A stretch of DNA of 63,814 nucleotides, the filler included, from Reclinomonas americana ATCC 50394 (Eukaryota): NCBI GenBank assembly GCA_048213135.1. It is 16 parts of 16 records of this genome, joined end to end, with 100 filler letters (N's around TTAATTAATTAA, not from the genome) between each part and the next. Parts side by side here need not be neighbours in the genome. Positions count along the whole stretch, not along the records: positions 49,082 to 55,734 come from AFZH01017043.1; positions 55,835 to 57,740 come from AFZH01017045.1; positions 57,841 to 59,033 come from AFZH01017046.1; positions 59,134 to 60,424 come from AFZH01017047.1; positions 60,525 to 63,814 come from AFZH01017052.1; 11 more parts are not named here. One strand, given 5' to 3'. Positions 52,101 to 63,814 of this stretch are shown here, piece after piece; position 1 is the first letter of the stretch, and each line of letters starts with the position of its first letter. A model generated the notes under the pieces. The model was given only the letters and a program-made list of their open reading frames with translations. It ran no database searches and was not told the origin of the DNA. A program made the translations under genes and the position numbers.

Positions 52101-55100
52101 GAGTGTGTCGAGTGGTGGTGTGGTAGAAGGCAACAGTCTGGTGTCGTCGACGAGTGTGAGTGCGGTGGGGGTTGTGACTGGCGCGAGTCTGTCGACGAGC
52201 GGAGGAGTGACGGCGACATCGGTTGTTGGGAGCAGCAGTGTGAGCAGCGGTGGGATTGTGAGTGGTGGCAGCGTGACGACGAGTGGCAGTGTGAGTGCAC
52301 GCACAATGAGTGCATCGGGAGCGGTGAGCGGCGGGACGCTGTCGACGACTGGCGATGTCGTGAGTGGTGGTGTGGTGAGCGGAGGCACGCTGAGCACTGC
52401 AGGGTCGTTGATTGTCGGAGGCCATGGAAGTGTGAGTGGTGGTGTGACCGCGAGTGGTGTGATTGTCGGCGGGAGTGTGACGACGACCGGCAGCGTGACG
52501 GGTGCGACGGTGATTGCTGGTGCAGGAGGGGTGCTGAGCAGCGGCACGGTGAGTGCGAGTGGAGCACTGATCAGTGGCGGTGGCGGCGTGTCGACGAGCG
52601 GGAGTGTGGTGGGCCAGAGTGTGAGTGCGAGTGGTGGAGTGAGTGGTGGGAGTGTGTCGAGTGGCGGTGTGGTGCAAGGCAACAGTCTGGTGTCGTCGAC
52701 GAGTGTGAGTGCGGTGGGGGTTGTGACTGGCGCGAGTCTGTCGACGAATGGTGGTGTGACGGCGACGTCTGTTGTTGGGAGCAGCAGTGTGAGCAGCGGT
52801 GGGATTGTGAGTGGCGGCAGCGTGACGACGAGTGGCAGTGTGAGTGCACGCACGATGAGTGCGTCGGGAGCGGTGAGCGGTGGGACGCTGTCGACGAGTG
52901 GCGATGTCGTGAGTGGTGGTGTGGTGAGCGGAGGCACGCTGAGCACTGCAGGGTCGTTGCTTGTGGGAGGCAATGGAAGTGTGAGTGGTGGTGTTACCGT
53001 GAGTGGTGTGATTGTCGGTGGTAGTATCAGTACGAGTGGAACCCTGATTGCCGGCGGCGCAGTGACTGCGATCGGTGATGTGAGTGTGCAGGGCGTGTTG
53101 CGCGCGGCGTCTGTGACGGCCAGCGGACCGGTGGTGATGCAGGGGACGATGCGGGTTGCGGGATCGGCAATGCTCGACGGTGGCGCGACGGTGTCGGGAC
53201 TGACTGTGAGCGGCAACATGGATGTGTCGGGTCGAGTGAGTGGATTTGCTGTCAGCGACGGCATTGTGACGATGAGCGGAGGGCGACTGACGACGAGTGC
53301 GGGCAGTGGGACGAGCGACATTGGCAGCAGCAGTCAGGCATTCGGGACGGTGTATGTGTCGAATGTGAGTGCGAGTGGAGTTGTGCGCGGTGCGCGAGTG
53401 AACGACGGTGCAGGATGTGAGCTGAGCGGTGGGTCGCTGAGTGGATGCACGTCTGTGACTGTGCTTGGTGGGGGAGTGAGCACGAGTGGAAACCTGATCG
53501 CAGGCGGTTCTCTGAGCGTCAGCGGGATGGTTTTCGGTGGTAGTATCTCCACTTCTGGCACGTTGGTTGTGGGGCGGTTGATTAGTGATGTTATCGTCAG
53601 CACGTCGGGCACCGTCACTGGCGGTACAATTAGTGTCAGCGGAATCGTGATTGCTGGTGCAGGTGGTGTTTCGACGAGTGGATCGATTTTCAGTGGGTCG
53701 GCGATCAGTGCCGGTGGTGCTCTGAGAGGCAGCAGTCTGTCGGTCAGTGGACTTGTGGAGGGTGGTGGCGGACTGGTGGGATCGTCTGTGAGCGCATCCG
53801 GGCAGATCATTGGTGGCGGAGTCAGCAGCAGCGGGACAGTGAGTGGTCTTATTGTGAGTGGCGGCACAGTGAGCAGCTCTGGCATCGTTGTCGGCAGCGT
53901 GATCAGCAGCGGCGGGGCGCTGACGGCAGGAGACATTTCGACGAGTGGGGGAGTGACGGCCGGCGGGAGTGTATCGGCGACGTCTGTTGTTGGGAGCAGC
54001 AGTGTGAGTAGCGGTGGGATTGTGAGTGGTGGCAGCGTGACGACGAGTGGCAGTGTGAGTGCACGCACGATGAGTGCATCTGGAGCGGTAAGCGGCGGGA
54101 CGCTGTCGACGAGTGGTGATGTTGTGAGTGGTGGTGTGGTGAGCGGAGGCACGCTGAGCACTGCGGGGACGTTTATTGTGGGAGGCAGTGGAAGTGTGAG
54201 TGGTGGTGTGACCGTGAGTGGTGTGATTGTCGGCGGGAGTGTGACGACGACCGGCAGTGTGACGGGTGCGACGGTGATTGCTGGTGCAGGAGGGGTGCTG
54301 AGCAGTGGCACGGTGAGTGCGAGTGGAGCGCTGGTCAGTGGTGGTGGCGGCGTGTCGACGAGTGGGAGTGTGGTGGGCCAGAGTGTGAGTGCGATTGGTG
54401 GAGTGAGTGGTGGGAGTGTGTCGAGTGGTGGTGCGGTGCAAGGCAACAGTCTGGTGTCGTCGACGAGTGTGAGCGCGGTGGGGGTTGTGACTGGCGCGAG
54501 TCTGTCGACGAGCGGAGGAGTGATGGCGACATCGGTTGTTGGGAGCAGCAGTGTGAGCAGCGGTGGGATTGTGAGTGGTGGCAGCGTGACGACCAGTGGG
54601 AGTGTGAGTGCACGCACGATGAGTGCATCGGGAGCGGTGAGCGGCGGGACGCTGTCGACGAGTGGCGATGTTGTGAGTGGTGGTGTGGTGAGTAGTGGAA
54701 CGCTGAGCACTGCGGGGACGTTGATTGTGGGAGGCAGTGGAACTGTGAGTGGTGGTGTTACCGTGAGTGGGGTGATTGTCGGTGGAAGTGTGACGACGAC
54801 CGGCAGCGTGACGGGTGCGACGGTGATTGCTGGTGCAGGAGGGGTGCTGAGCAGTGGCACAGTGAGTGCGAGTGGAGCGCTGGTCAGTGGCGGTGGCGGC
54901 GTGACAACGTCAGGAACCGTTGCTGGCTCGTCGTTCTCCTCGAACGGCACGATATCCGCGTCGACAGTGGATTCGCTGCTTGTGCGCGGCACCACAATCA
55001 GCAGCAGTGGTTTGGTGACTGGCGGCAGCATCAGCACGAGTGGAACTCTGATTGCCGGCGGTGCAGTGACTGCGATCGGTGATGTGAGTGTGCAGGGCAT

Positions 55101-58100
55101 GTTGCGCGCGGCGTCTGTGACGGCCAGCGGACCGGTGGTGATGCAGGGGACGATGCGGGTTGCGGGATCGGCAATGCTCGACGGTGGCGCGACGGTGTCG
55201 GGACTGACTGTGAGCGGCAACATGGATGTTTCGGGTCGAGTTAGCGGATCGGCTGTGAGTGACGGCATTGTGACGATGAGCGGAGGGCGACTGACGACGA
55301 GTGCGGGCAGTGGGACGAGCGACATTGGCAGCAGCAGTCAGGCGTTCGGGACGGTGTATGTGTCGAATGTGAGTGCGAGTGGAGTTGTGCGCGGTGCGCG
55401 AGTGAACGACGGTGCGGGATGTGAGCTGAGCGGTGGGTCGCTGAGTGGATGCACATCTGTTGCTGTGCTCGGTGGGGGAGTGAGCACGAGTGGAAGTGTG
55501 GTTGCGGGTAACGGCGGAGTGAGCACGAGTGGCAGTGTTATTGGCGGGAGCAGTGTGTCGAGCGGTGGTGCGCTGATTGGCGGCAGCATCAGCACGGCTG
55601 GACTGATCAGCGGTGGCAGTCTGTCGTTGACGGGAAGCTTTGTTGTGTCGAGCATTGTCGGTGGAGGGACGCTGAGTGCGAGCGGCGTGCTGATGAGCGG
55701 GGGCGTTGTGACGAGCAGTGGGGCGGTGTTAGGGNNNNNNNNNNNNNNNNNNNNNNNNNNNNNNNNNNNNNNNNNNNNTTAATTAATTAANNNNNNNNNN
55801 NNNNNNNNNNNNNNNNNNNNNNNNNNNNNNNNNNCCAGAGTGTGAGTGCGAGTGGCGGAGTGAGTGGTGGGAGTGTGTCGAGTGGTGGTGTGGTGCAAGG
55901 CAACAGTCTGGTGTCGTCGACGAGTGTGAGTGCGGTGGGGGTTGTGACTGGCGCGAGTCTGTCGACGAGCGGAGGAGTGACGGCGACGTCTGTTGTTGGG
56001 AGCAGCAGTGTGAGCAGCGGTGGGATTGTGAGTGGTGGCAGCGTGACGACCAGTGGGAGTGTGAGTGCACGCACGATGAGTGCATCGGGGGCGGTGAGCG
56101 GCGGGACGCTGTCGACGAGTGGCGATGTCGTGAGTGGTGGTGTGGTGAGCGGAGGCACGCTGAGCACTGCAGGATCGTTGATTGTGGGAGGCAACGGAAC
56201 TGTGAATGGTGGTGTTACCGTGAGCGGCGTGATTGTCGGTGGAAGTGTGACGACGACCGGCAGCGTGACGGGTGCGACGGTGATTGCTGGTGCAGGAGGG
56301 GTGCTGAGCAGTGGCACGGTGAGTGCGAGTGGAGCGCTCGTCAGTGGCGGTGGCGGCGTGTCGACGAGCGGGAGTGTGGTGGGCCAGAGTGTGAGTGCGA
56401 GTGGCGGAGTGAGTGGTGGCAGTGTGTCGAGTGGTGGTGCGGTGCAAGGCAACAGTCTGGTGTCGTCGACGAGTGTGAGTGCAGTGGGGGTTGTGACTGG
56501 CGCGAGTCTGTCGACGAGCGGAGGAGTGATGGCGACATCGGTTGTTGGGAGCAGCAGTGTGAGCAGCGGTGGGATTGTGAGTGGTGGCAGCGTGACGACG
56601 AGTGGGAGTGTCAGTGCACGCACAATGAGCGCATCGGGAGCAGTGAGCGGCGGGACGCTGTCGACGAGTGGCGATGTCGTGAGTGGTGGTGTGGTGAGTA
56701 GTGGAACGCTGAGCACTGCGGGGTCGTTGATTGTGGGAGGCAATGGAACTGTGAGTGGTGGTGTGACCGTGAGCGGCGTGATTGTCGGCGGGAGTGTGAC
56801 GACGACCGGCAGCGTGACGGGCGCGACGGTGATTGCTGGTGCAGGAGGAGTGCTGAGCAGTGGCACGGTGAGTGCGAGTGGAGCGCTGGTCAGTGGCGGT
56901 GGCGGCGTGACAACGTCCGGAACCGTTGCTGGTTCGTCGTTCTCCTCGAACGGCACGATGTCTGCGTCGACGGTGGACTCGCTGCTTGTGCGCGGCACCA
57001 CAATCAGCAGCAGTGGCTTGGTGACTGGCGGCAGCATCAGCACGAGTGGAACTCTGATTGCCGGCGGCGCAGTGACTGCGATCGGCGATGTGAGTGTGCA
57101 GGGCGTGTTGCGCGCGGCGTCTGTGACGGCCAGCGGACCGGTGGTTATGCAGGGGACGATGCGGGTTGCGGGATCGGCAATGCTCGACGGTGGCGCGACG
57201 GTGTCGGGACTGACTGTGAGCGGCAACATGGATGTTTCGGGTCGAGTGAGTGGATTTGCTGTGAGTGACGGCATTGTGACGATGAGCGGAGGGCGACTGA
57301 CGACGAGTGCGGGCAGTGGGACGAGCGACATTGGCAGCAGCAGTCAGGCATTCGGGACGGTGTATGTGTCGAACGTGAGTGCGAGTGGAGTTGTGCGCGG
57401 TGCGCGAGTGAACGACGGTGCGGGGTGTGAGCTGAGCGGTGGGTCGCTGAGTGGATGCACGTCTGTGGCTGTGCTCGGTGGGGGAGTGAGCACGAGTGGA
57501 AGCGTGGTTGCGGGTAACGGCGGAGTGAGCACGAGTGGCAGTGTTATTGGGGGGAGCAGTGTGTCTAGCGGTGGTGCGCTGATTGGCGGCAGCATCAGCA
57601 CGGCTGGACTGATCAGCGGCGGAAGTCTGTCGTTGACGGGAAGCTTTGTTGTGTCAAGCATTGTCGGTGGAGGGACGCTGAGTGCGAGCGGCGTGCTGAT
57701 GAGCGGGGGCGTTGTGACGAGCAGTGGGGCGGTGCTGGGANNNNNNNNNNNNNNNNNNNNNNNNNNNNNNNNNNNNNNNNNNNNTTAATTAATTAANNNN
57801 NNNNNNNNNNNNNNNNNNNNNNNNNNNNNNNNNNNNNNNNTCGTCAATGAGCACGAGTGGTGGGATTGTTGGTGGTGGATCTGTGAGTGTGAGCGGCCTC
57901 GTGTACGGCGGCAGTGTGTCCACGGCGGGTACGTTGACTGTTGGGCGACTTTTGAGCGATGGGCTTGTGAGCACGAGTGGGGTTGTGATGGGCGGGTCGT
58001 TGAGCACGGCGGGGTCTGTGTTTGGTACTGCAGTCAGTGTCAGTGGCACGTTGATTGCTGGTGCAGGTGGTGTTTCGACGAGTGGGTCGATTGTCAGTGG

Positions 58101-60424
58101 GTCGGCGATCAGTGCCGGTGGTGCTCTGAGAGGCAGCAGTCTGTCGGTCAGTGGACTTGTGGAGGGTGGCGGCGGACTGGTGGGATCGTCTGTGAGCGTT
58201 TCCGGGCAGATCACTGGTGGTGGAGTCAGCAGCAGCGGGACAGTGAGTGGTCTTATTGTGAGTGGCAGCACAGTGAGCAGCTCCGGCGTCGTTGTCGGCA
58301 GCGTGATCAGCAGCGGCGGGGCGCTGACGGCAGGAGACATTTCGACGAGTGGGGGAGTGACGGCCGGCGGGAGTGTATCGGCGACGTCTGTTGTTGGGAG
58401 CAGCAGTGTGAGTAGCGGTGGGATTGTGAGTGGTGGCAGCGTGACGACCAGTGGGAGTGTGAGTGCACGCACGATGAGTGCATCGGGAGCGGTGAGCGGC
58501 GGGACGCTGTCGACGAGTGGCGATGTTGTGAGTGGTGGTGTGGTGAGCGGAGGCACGCTGAGCACTGCGGGGTCGTTGATTGTCGGAGGCAATGGAAGTG
58601 TGAGTGGTGGTGTGACCGTGAGTGGTGTGATTGTCGGCGGGAGTGTGACGACGACCGGCAGTGTGACGGGTGCGACGGTGATTGCTGGTGCAGGAGGGGT
58701 GCTGAGCAGTGGCACGGTGAGTGCGAGTGGAGCGCTGGTCAGTGGTGGTGGCGGTGTGTCGACGAGCGGAAGTGTGGTAGGCCAGAGTGTGAGTGCGAGT
58801 GGCGGAGTGAGTGGTGGCAGTGTGTCGAGTGGTGGTGTGGTAGAAGGCAACAGTCTGGTGTCGTCGACGAGTGTGAGTGCGGTGGGGGTTGTGACTGGCG
58901 CGAGTCTGTCGACGAATGGTGGTGTGACGGCGACGTCTGTTGTTGGGAGCAGCAGTGTGAGCAGCGGTGGGATTGTGAGTGGTGGCAGCGTGACGACGAG
59001 TGGGAGTGTGAGTGCACGCACGATGAGTGCGTCNNNNNNNNNNNNNNNNNNNNNNNNNNNNNNNNNNNNNNNNNNNNTTAATTAATTAANNNNNNNNNNN
59101 NNNNNNNNNNNNNNNNNNNNNNNNNNNNNNNNNTTTTGGCAACGTATTCCTGCGTGGCGATCTTTCTTCAAACTCCATTCACGTCACCTCGTCTGCGACC
59201 TTCAGCGGCAGCATCTCCGTTGGTAACCTCACCGCAACTGGCGCCGTGCAGGTCGGCGGCCCGATGACAGCCACATCAATTCAGTCAACGACGCTGACTG
59301 CGAGCGGCGTGATTGTCGGAGGGAGTGTGACGACGACCGGCAGCGTGACGGGTGCGACGGTGATTGCTGGTGCAGGAGGGGTGCTGAGCAGTGGCACGGT
59401 GAGTGCGAGTGGAGCGCTGGTCAGTGGCGGTGGCGGCGTGACAACGTCAGGAACCGTTGCTGGTTCGTCGTTCTCCACGAACGGCACGATGTCTGCGTCG
59501 ACGGTGGACTCGCTGCTTGTGCGCGGCACCACAATCAGCAGCAGTGGTTTGGTGACTGGCGGCAGCATCAGCACGAGTGGAACCCTGATTGCCGGCGGTG
59601 CAGTGACAGCGATCGGCGATGTGAGTGTGCAGGGCGTGTTGCGCGCGACGTCTGTGACGGCCAGCGGACCGGTGGTGATGCAGGGGACGATGCGGGTTGC
59701 GGGATCGGCAATGCTGGACGGTGGCGCGACAGTATCGGGACTGACTGTGAGCGGCAACATGGATGTGTCGGGTCGAGTGAGTGGATTTGCTGTGAGTGAC
59801 GGCATTGTTACGATGAGCGGAGGGCGACTGACGACGAGTGCGGGCAGTGGGACGAGCGACATTGGCAGCAGCAGTCAGGCGTTCGGGACGGTGTATGTGT
59901 CGAATGTGAGTGCAAGTGGAGTTGTGCGCGGTGCGCGAGTGAACGACGGTGCGGGGTGTGAGCTGAGCGGTGGGTCGCTGAGTGGATGCACGTCTGTGGC
60001 TGTGCTCGGTGGGGGAGTGAGCACGAGTGGAAGCGTGGTTGCGGGTAACGGCGGAGTGAGCACGAGTGGCAGTGTTATTGGGGGGAGCAGTGTGTCTAGC
60101 GGTGGTGCGCTGATTGGCGGCAGCATCAGCACGGCTGGACTGATCAGCGGCGGAAGTCTGTCGCTGACGGGAAGCTTTGTTGTGTCGAGCATTGTCGGTG
60201 GAGGGACGCTGAGTGCGAGCGGCGTGCTGATGAGCGGGGGCGTTGTGACGAGCAGTGGGGCGGTGTTAGGGTCGTCGATGAGCACGAGTGGTGGGATTGT
60301 TGGTGGTGGATCTGTGAGTGTGAGCGGACTCGTGTACGGCGGCAGTGTGTCCACGGCGGGGACGTTGACTGTTGGGCGACTTTTGAGCGATGGGCTTGTG
60401 AGCACGAGTGGGGTTGTGATGGGT
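49151..60424 (+). CDS. Giant Gly/Ser/Val/Thr repeat protein with phage/giant-virus tail-fibre-like motifs; at least 4 introns, spans 3 spacers, partial at both ends
   Basis: Introns at 50007-50093, 50189-50253, 50456-50533 and 50731-50794 restore frame. Stop-free ORFs 50797..55782, 55842..57788, 57847..59085 and 59246..60472 follow. Motifs: 'VGIGTCDPQASLSVQG', 'GMVGLNTLAPQLQLDVNG', 'GRVAIGNVTPQTQLQVAG', 'SDIGSSSQAFGTVYVSNV'. Confidence 0.85.
52000..60424 (+). repeat. Higher-order coding repeats: 549-bp (183-aa) unit plus a second block containing the DIGSSSQAF motif
   Basis: 'ggccagagtgtgag' at 52063/52612 and 'ccagagtgtgag' at 55835/56384 (549 apart); second block recurs at ~53020, 55021, 57030 and 59560. 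Confidence 0.92.
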
Positions 60425-60524
60425 NNNNNNNNNNNNNNNNNNNNNNNNNNNNNNNNNNNNNNNNNNNNTTAATTAATTAANNNNNNNNNNNNNNNNNNNN
60501 NNNNNNNNNNNNNNNNNNNNNNNN

Positions 60525-60591
<67 letters not shown>
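60525..60591. repeat. (GA)n microsatellite
   Basis: Directly visible. Confidence 0.95.
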
Positions 60592-60592
<1 letters not shown>

Positions 60593-60786
60593 GAGGGCTG
60601 AGTTACGGATGTACCTGCGAAGAGGTCGTCAGAGAGAGGGAGGGAGACTCAGTTCACTTGTCTCTCTCTGCTGAAGGAGAGAGAAACAATGAGAACCAGC
60701 GTCGCGAAACAGAGACTGAGGCTCAGCGGAGCAAGCACAGATCCAATGTTCGCAGCGTCTCTCTCTGACACTCTTTGGCGAACAGG

Positions 60787-63700
60787 ATGACCCCGCACCG
60801 ATTCGACCAGTGGATGAGAGCGCGACACCGAATCGGCGCCGTGTGGTGCTCACACCCACTGGGCCTGGTCCATCCGCCCGAAGCAATCAGGTTCTCTTTG
60901 ATCCTATCTGCAACTTGGTATTCTTTCGTCCGTGCACCACTTCTCCGCTTTCCTGTACCACAGGCGAGTTGCGACCCGACGCCACTCCTCTACGCCGAGG
61001 CGCCCACATTCATCTCGTCCTTCCTCAGCAGCATGCGTGCGCTTCCTCCTTACACTCTGCAGTCTCTCTCTTTCCTTTTCGCCCTGCCATGATCCGCACT
61101 CTGAAGGACAACTTTTTTCGCCTTCGCGTTAACATACTGCAATTCTTCACTCCCTTCATTCTCCGCTTGTCCCCATGCTCCATCGTTGTCTTTTTTCGCC
61201 CACCTCGTTCCCTCTCTTTCTTCCCCCTCTTTTCCCCCTTCCTCCCTCTCTCCTCCCCCTTTCCCTCACCCACCTCTTCCCCCCTCGACAGCCCGACTAC
61301 GCCTCCGCCGAATACGTCGAGGTACAACTGCGCGCCCTCCGCTTCTGCGCCCCGCTCCACTCGCTGTGCCTGGCCGGCCTCGACTCGATGATCAGCAAGA
61401 CCAATCAGGACCTGCTGTTGGAGGTCATTGAGCGAAACCTCTCGCTGCGACAGCTGGATCTGTCGCGCAATCCCGCGTGGCTGAACGACGCGCGAGGAAC
61501 GGCGATTTGTGAGTCCTTTGTCCACGTGAGCGTTGGGAAGGGATCGGGCACTGACCTTTGTCTCGTCAGTGACATCGGTGCGCAAATCACCGGCCCTGCG
61601 CTTCCTCGACCTGTCCGAGAACGATGCAGGTCCGCGCACCGCCATGACTGCCGCCCGCACGCTGATGCGCTCGCGGCAACTGCTGGTCGTCGATTTGCGA
61701 CAAAACCCGCCAATGTGCGTCGCGATTGCTTTGATTGCTTGCACCTCCTTGATACTAAATTCTTGCATAGAACCTTGTCGGACGATGCCTCGATTGCGGA
61801 GGCATGGGTGTCGATGCTTTCGCGGCGACGCGATGTGCGGCACATTTTTATCGAGTTTTCCATTGCCGTGCGGCGGCAGTTTTTGGACGCACTGGCCGGC
61901 AAAGTTGCGTGGGGAGAGACAGCGAGAGAGACAACTGCGCACCCACTGCCCCGCACGCTCACCGCATGGCGCACAGGGCATCACTAGCATCCAGTCCATG
62001 TGTTTCTCACAGTCGGCGCTGCGCACACTGCCCGACGAGCGTCAGCGCCTCACCGACTTTATCACGTCACCGCGCGGTCGCGCCCTCACCTTTATTGACT
62101 TGCGCTTTTCGTTCCTCGGCGACGATGTGTCGTGCGTCATCTCGGCGTTGCGGGAGTTGCCGAGCCTGACGCAGTTGGATTTGAGACATTGTGCACTGGG
62201 CGACGCCGGTTTCGCCGCCCTCGAGCCGGTGCTAACGGTGCGTCGTTGTCGATGGTTTTGAGTGTGGAGAGAACTGGAAGGGTGCTGATATCGTGGCACG
62301 CAGTCGCACGTGTCGCTCACGAGCCTGTGTGTCATGTCGAATGACTTGTCGGATGAGTCTGCCGATGGCATTCGTCGTTTGCTGACGGTGAACCCCGTCA
62401 TCACGGAACTGGACTTGTCCAGGAACAGATTTACTGATGTAAGCCTGTCGCGTGCAGTTGCTGTTGGCCGGTTGGCTGGCTGACAAATTCTGTGTACAGC
62501 GATCGGCCTCGTGTTTCGACGACATTGTCGAAGGCAATGAGAGTCTTGTCAGTCTCGGCGACCTGTCTACGTTGCGCTCGTCACCCACATTCGCCCCAGA
62601 AGCCCTTCATTGACTCACACATTTCTTGAATTCGCAGACTGAAGCTGGACGTGCTGTCGCGAAGTCGCCTGCAATCGCACCTCGATGCGACGCAACGCGG
62701 AAACGTGCGCTCCGCTCCGCTGCCAGTTGCGTTTTCGGTGCGCCTGTGTTGGGACGCAGTTGATGCTCACCCGCGGCACACAGTTGCAAGACCATGCATA
62801 CCAACAACTGGCTGTGGACTATGTGCGCGTGAGCGAGGTGGCTTCGGGTTTGCAGGCGCTCAGCACCCGTCAGGCGGGCATTGTGCAGACAGCAACGCAG
62901 CAGCTGGAGGTTTGGTGGAAAATAATGTGCCCTTCTGGCCACAAGTGATGCCCATCTCTGCGACACAGGCGCTGCGTGGATGCGTGTTCCAGCTCGGCGA
63001 GGCGCTCAGCTTGGTCAAATCCAAGAAGAGTCGCCGCGCCCCGCTGTACCTGCGAGTCAAGGATGCCGTTGTAAGGCAAGTGTGACGCAGCTGAAAAAAA
63101 GTCTCCCTTGTTCGCCCGCTCATTATTGTGTCGCCACCACACAGGATGATGGAGTCGATTGGGCTGGAGCCGGAGGAGATCAATGTGCGACTGGACGAGA
63201 AGCCCGCGGGTGGTGCCGGTGGCAGTCGTCCGCGCAAGCGCCGTGCGGCTGCATCCACGGCAGTGGGTAGTTCATCGCGTACACGCAGCGCTCCCAGTGC
63301 TCCTGCACCGCCCGCGGACCGCGCGCGCAGTGCGTCGCCCACCAAACGGCGACCGCGACCACCGGTTTGTTGTCAGCTTAATATTCATGCGCCCAACACC
63401 CACTCGCCCACTCACTCGAGGATGCAGCCGAGCCGTTTTCATGCGGCCCCCACGTACGCTGTGGACGACGCCGGTGTCGAGATGCAGGGGGCGTCCGAGG
63501 GCGACGGTGACTCGGGACGCGAATCGCCCGTCACGGGCCACAAACGCGCCGCCTCCGAGGAGTCATTCAGCGGCCTCATGTCGTCCGTGGCCGCCTCGGC
63601 TGCGCTGGCCACCGAGGTCCGAAGCTCCTCTGCCGGTCCCATGCGGCCCTCCAAACTACGCGCCATTCGCATGCCCTACGTCAGCGACCGCGAAGACGAC

Positions 63701-63814
63701 GAACTCACGCTGCAGTTGTCCGAGGACAACATGCCACTTCCGCCGCCGTTCAGACCGCGGAAGCGCTTCACAGATGGCGATGGCGACGACGAGGCACCCA
63801 AGACACGTGCGCCC
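60787..63814 (+). CDS. RNI-like leucine-rich-repeat protein with disordered C-terminal region; runs off the window
   Basis: 'NLSLRQLDLSRN', 'PALRFLDLSENDAG', 'LLVVDLRQNP', 'LTFIDLRFSFLGD', 'PSLTQLDLRHCALGDAGF', 'SLTSLCVMSNDLSDESA', 'VITELDLSRNRFTD' on GT-AG-bounded exons. Confidence 0.85.

Noticed and set aside
51595..60405. Long antisense Pro/Thr/Leu- or His/Arg-rich ORFs
   Set aside because: Shadow frames of the repetitive GT-rich sense ORF.
1..63814. tRNA, rRNA or snRNA genes; intact transposase, RT or viral hallmark genes
   Set aside because: None recognisable by eye; covariance-model and HMM searches would be needed to exclude them.

Overview
Eukaryotic (protist-like) genomic DNA: GC-rich exons, many short GT-AG spliceosomal introns, abundant microsatellites, standard genetic code. 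It consists of 16 contigs joined by 15 artificial 100-nt spacers (N44-TTAATTAATTAA-N44); several genes appear to continue across spacers, so at least part is scaffold order. Recognisable genes: a disrupted NACHT/STAND NTPase, a surface protein with 8 two-exon IPT/Ig-like modules, a divergent kinesin with a degenerate switch II, GT31 and GT54 glycosyltransferases, APC7, PRP28/DDX23, a secreted Cys-repeat protein, EME1, an XRN-family nuclease and an RNI-like LRR protein. The most striking feature is an intron-containing gene spanning more than 11 kb (49151-60424) that encodes a Gly/Ser/Val/Thr repeat protein carrying motifs typical of phage/giant-virus tail-fibre proteins. Also notable are a recurrent GTTGCG 5' splice-site variant and a disordered protein with six PxIxIT-like motifs. 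Family calls rest on motif recognition from memory, and exon boundaries were inferred by eye.
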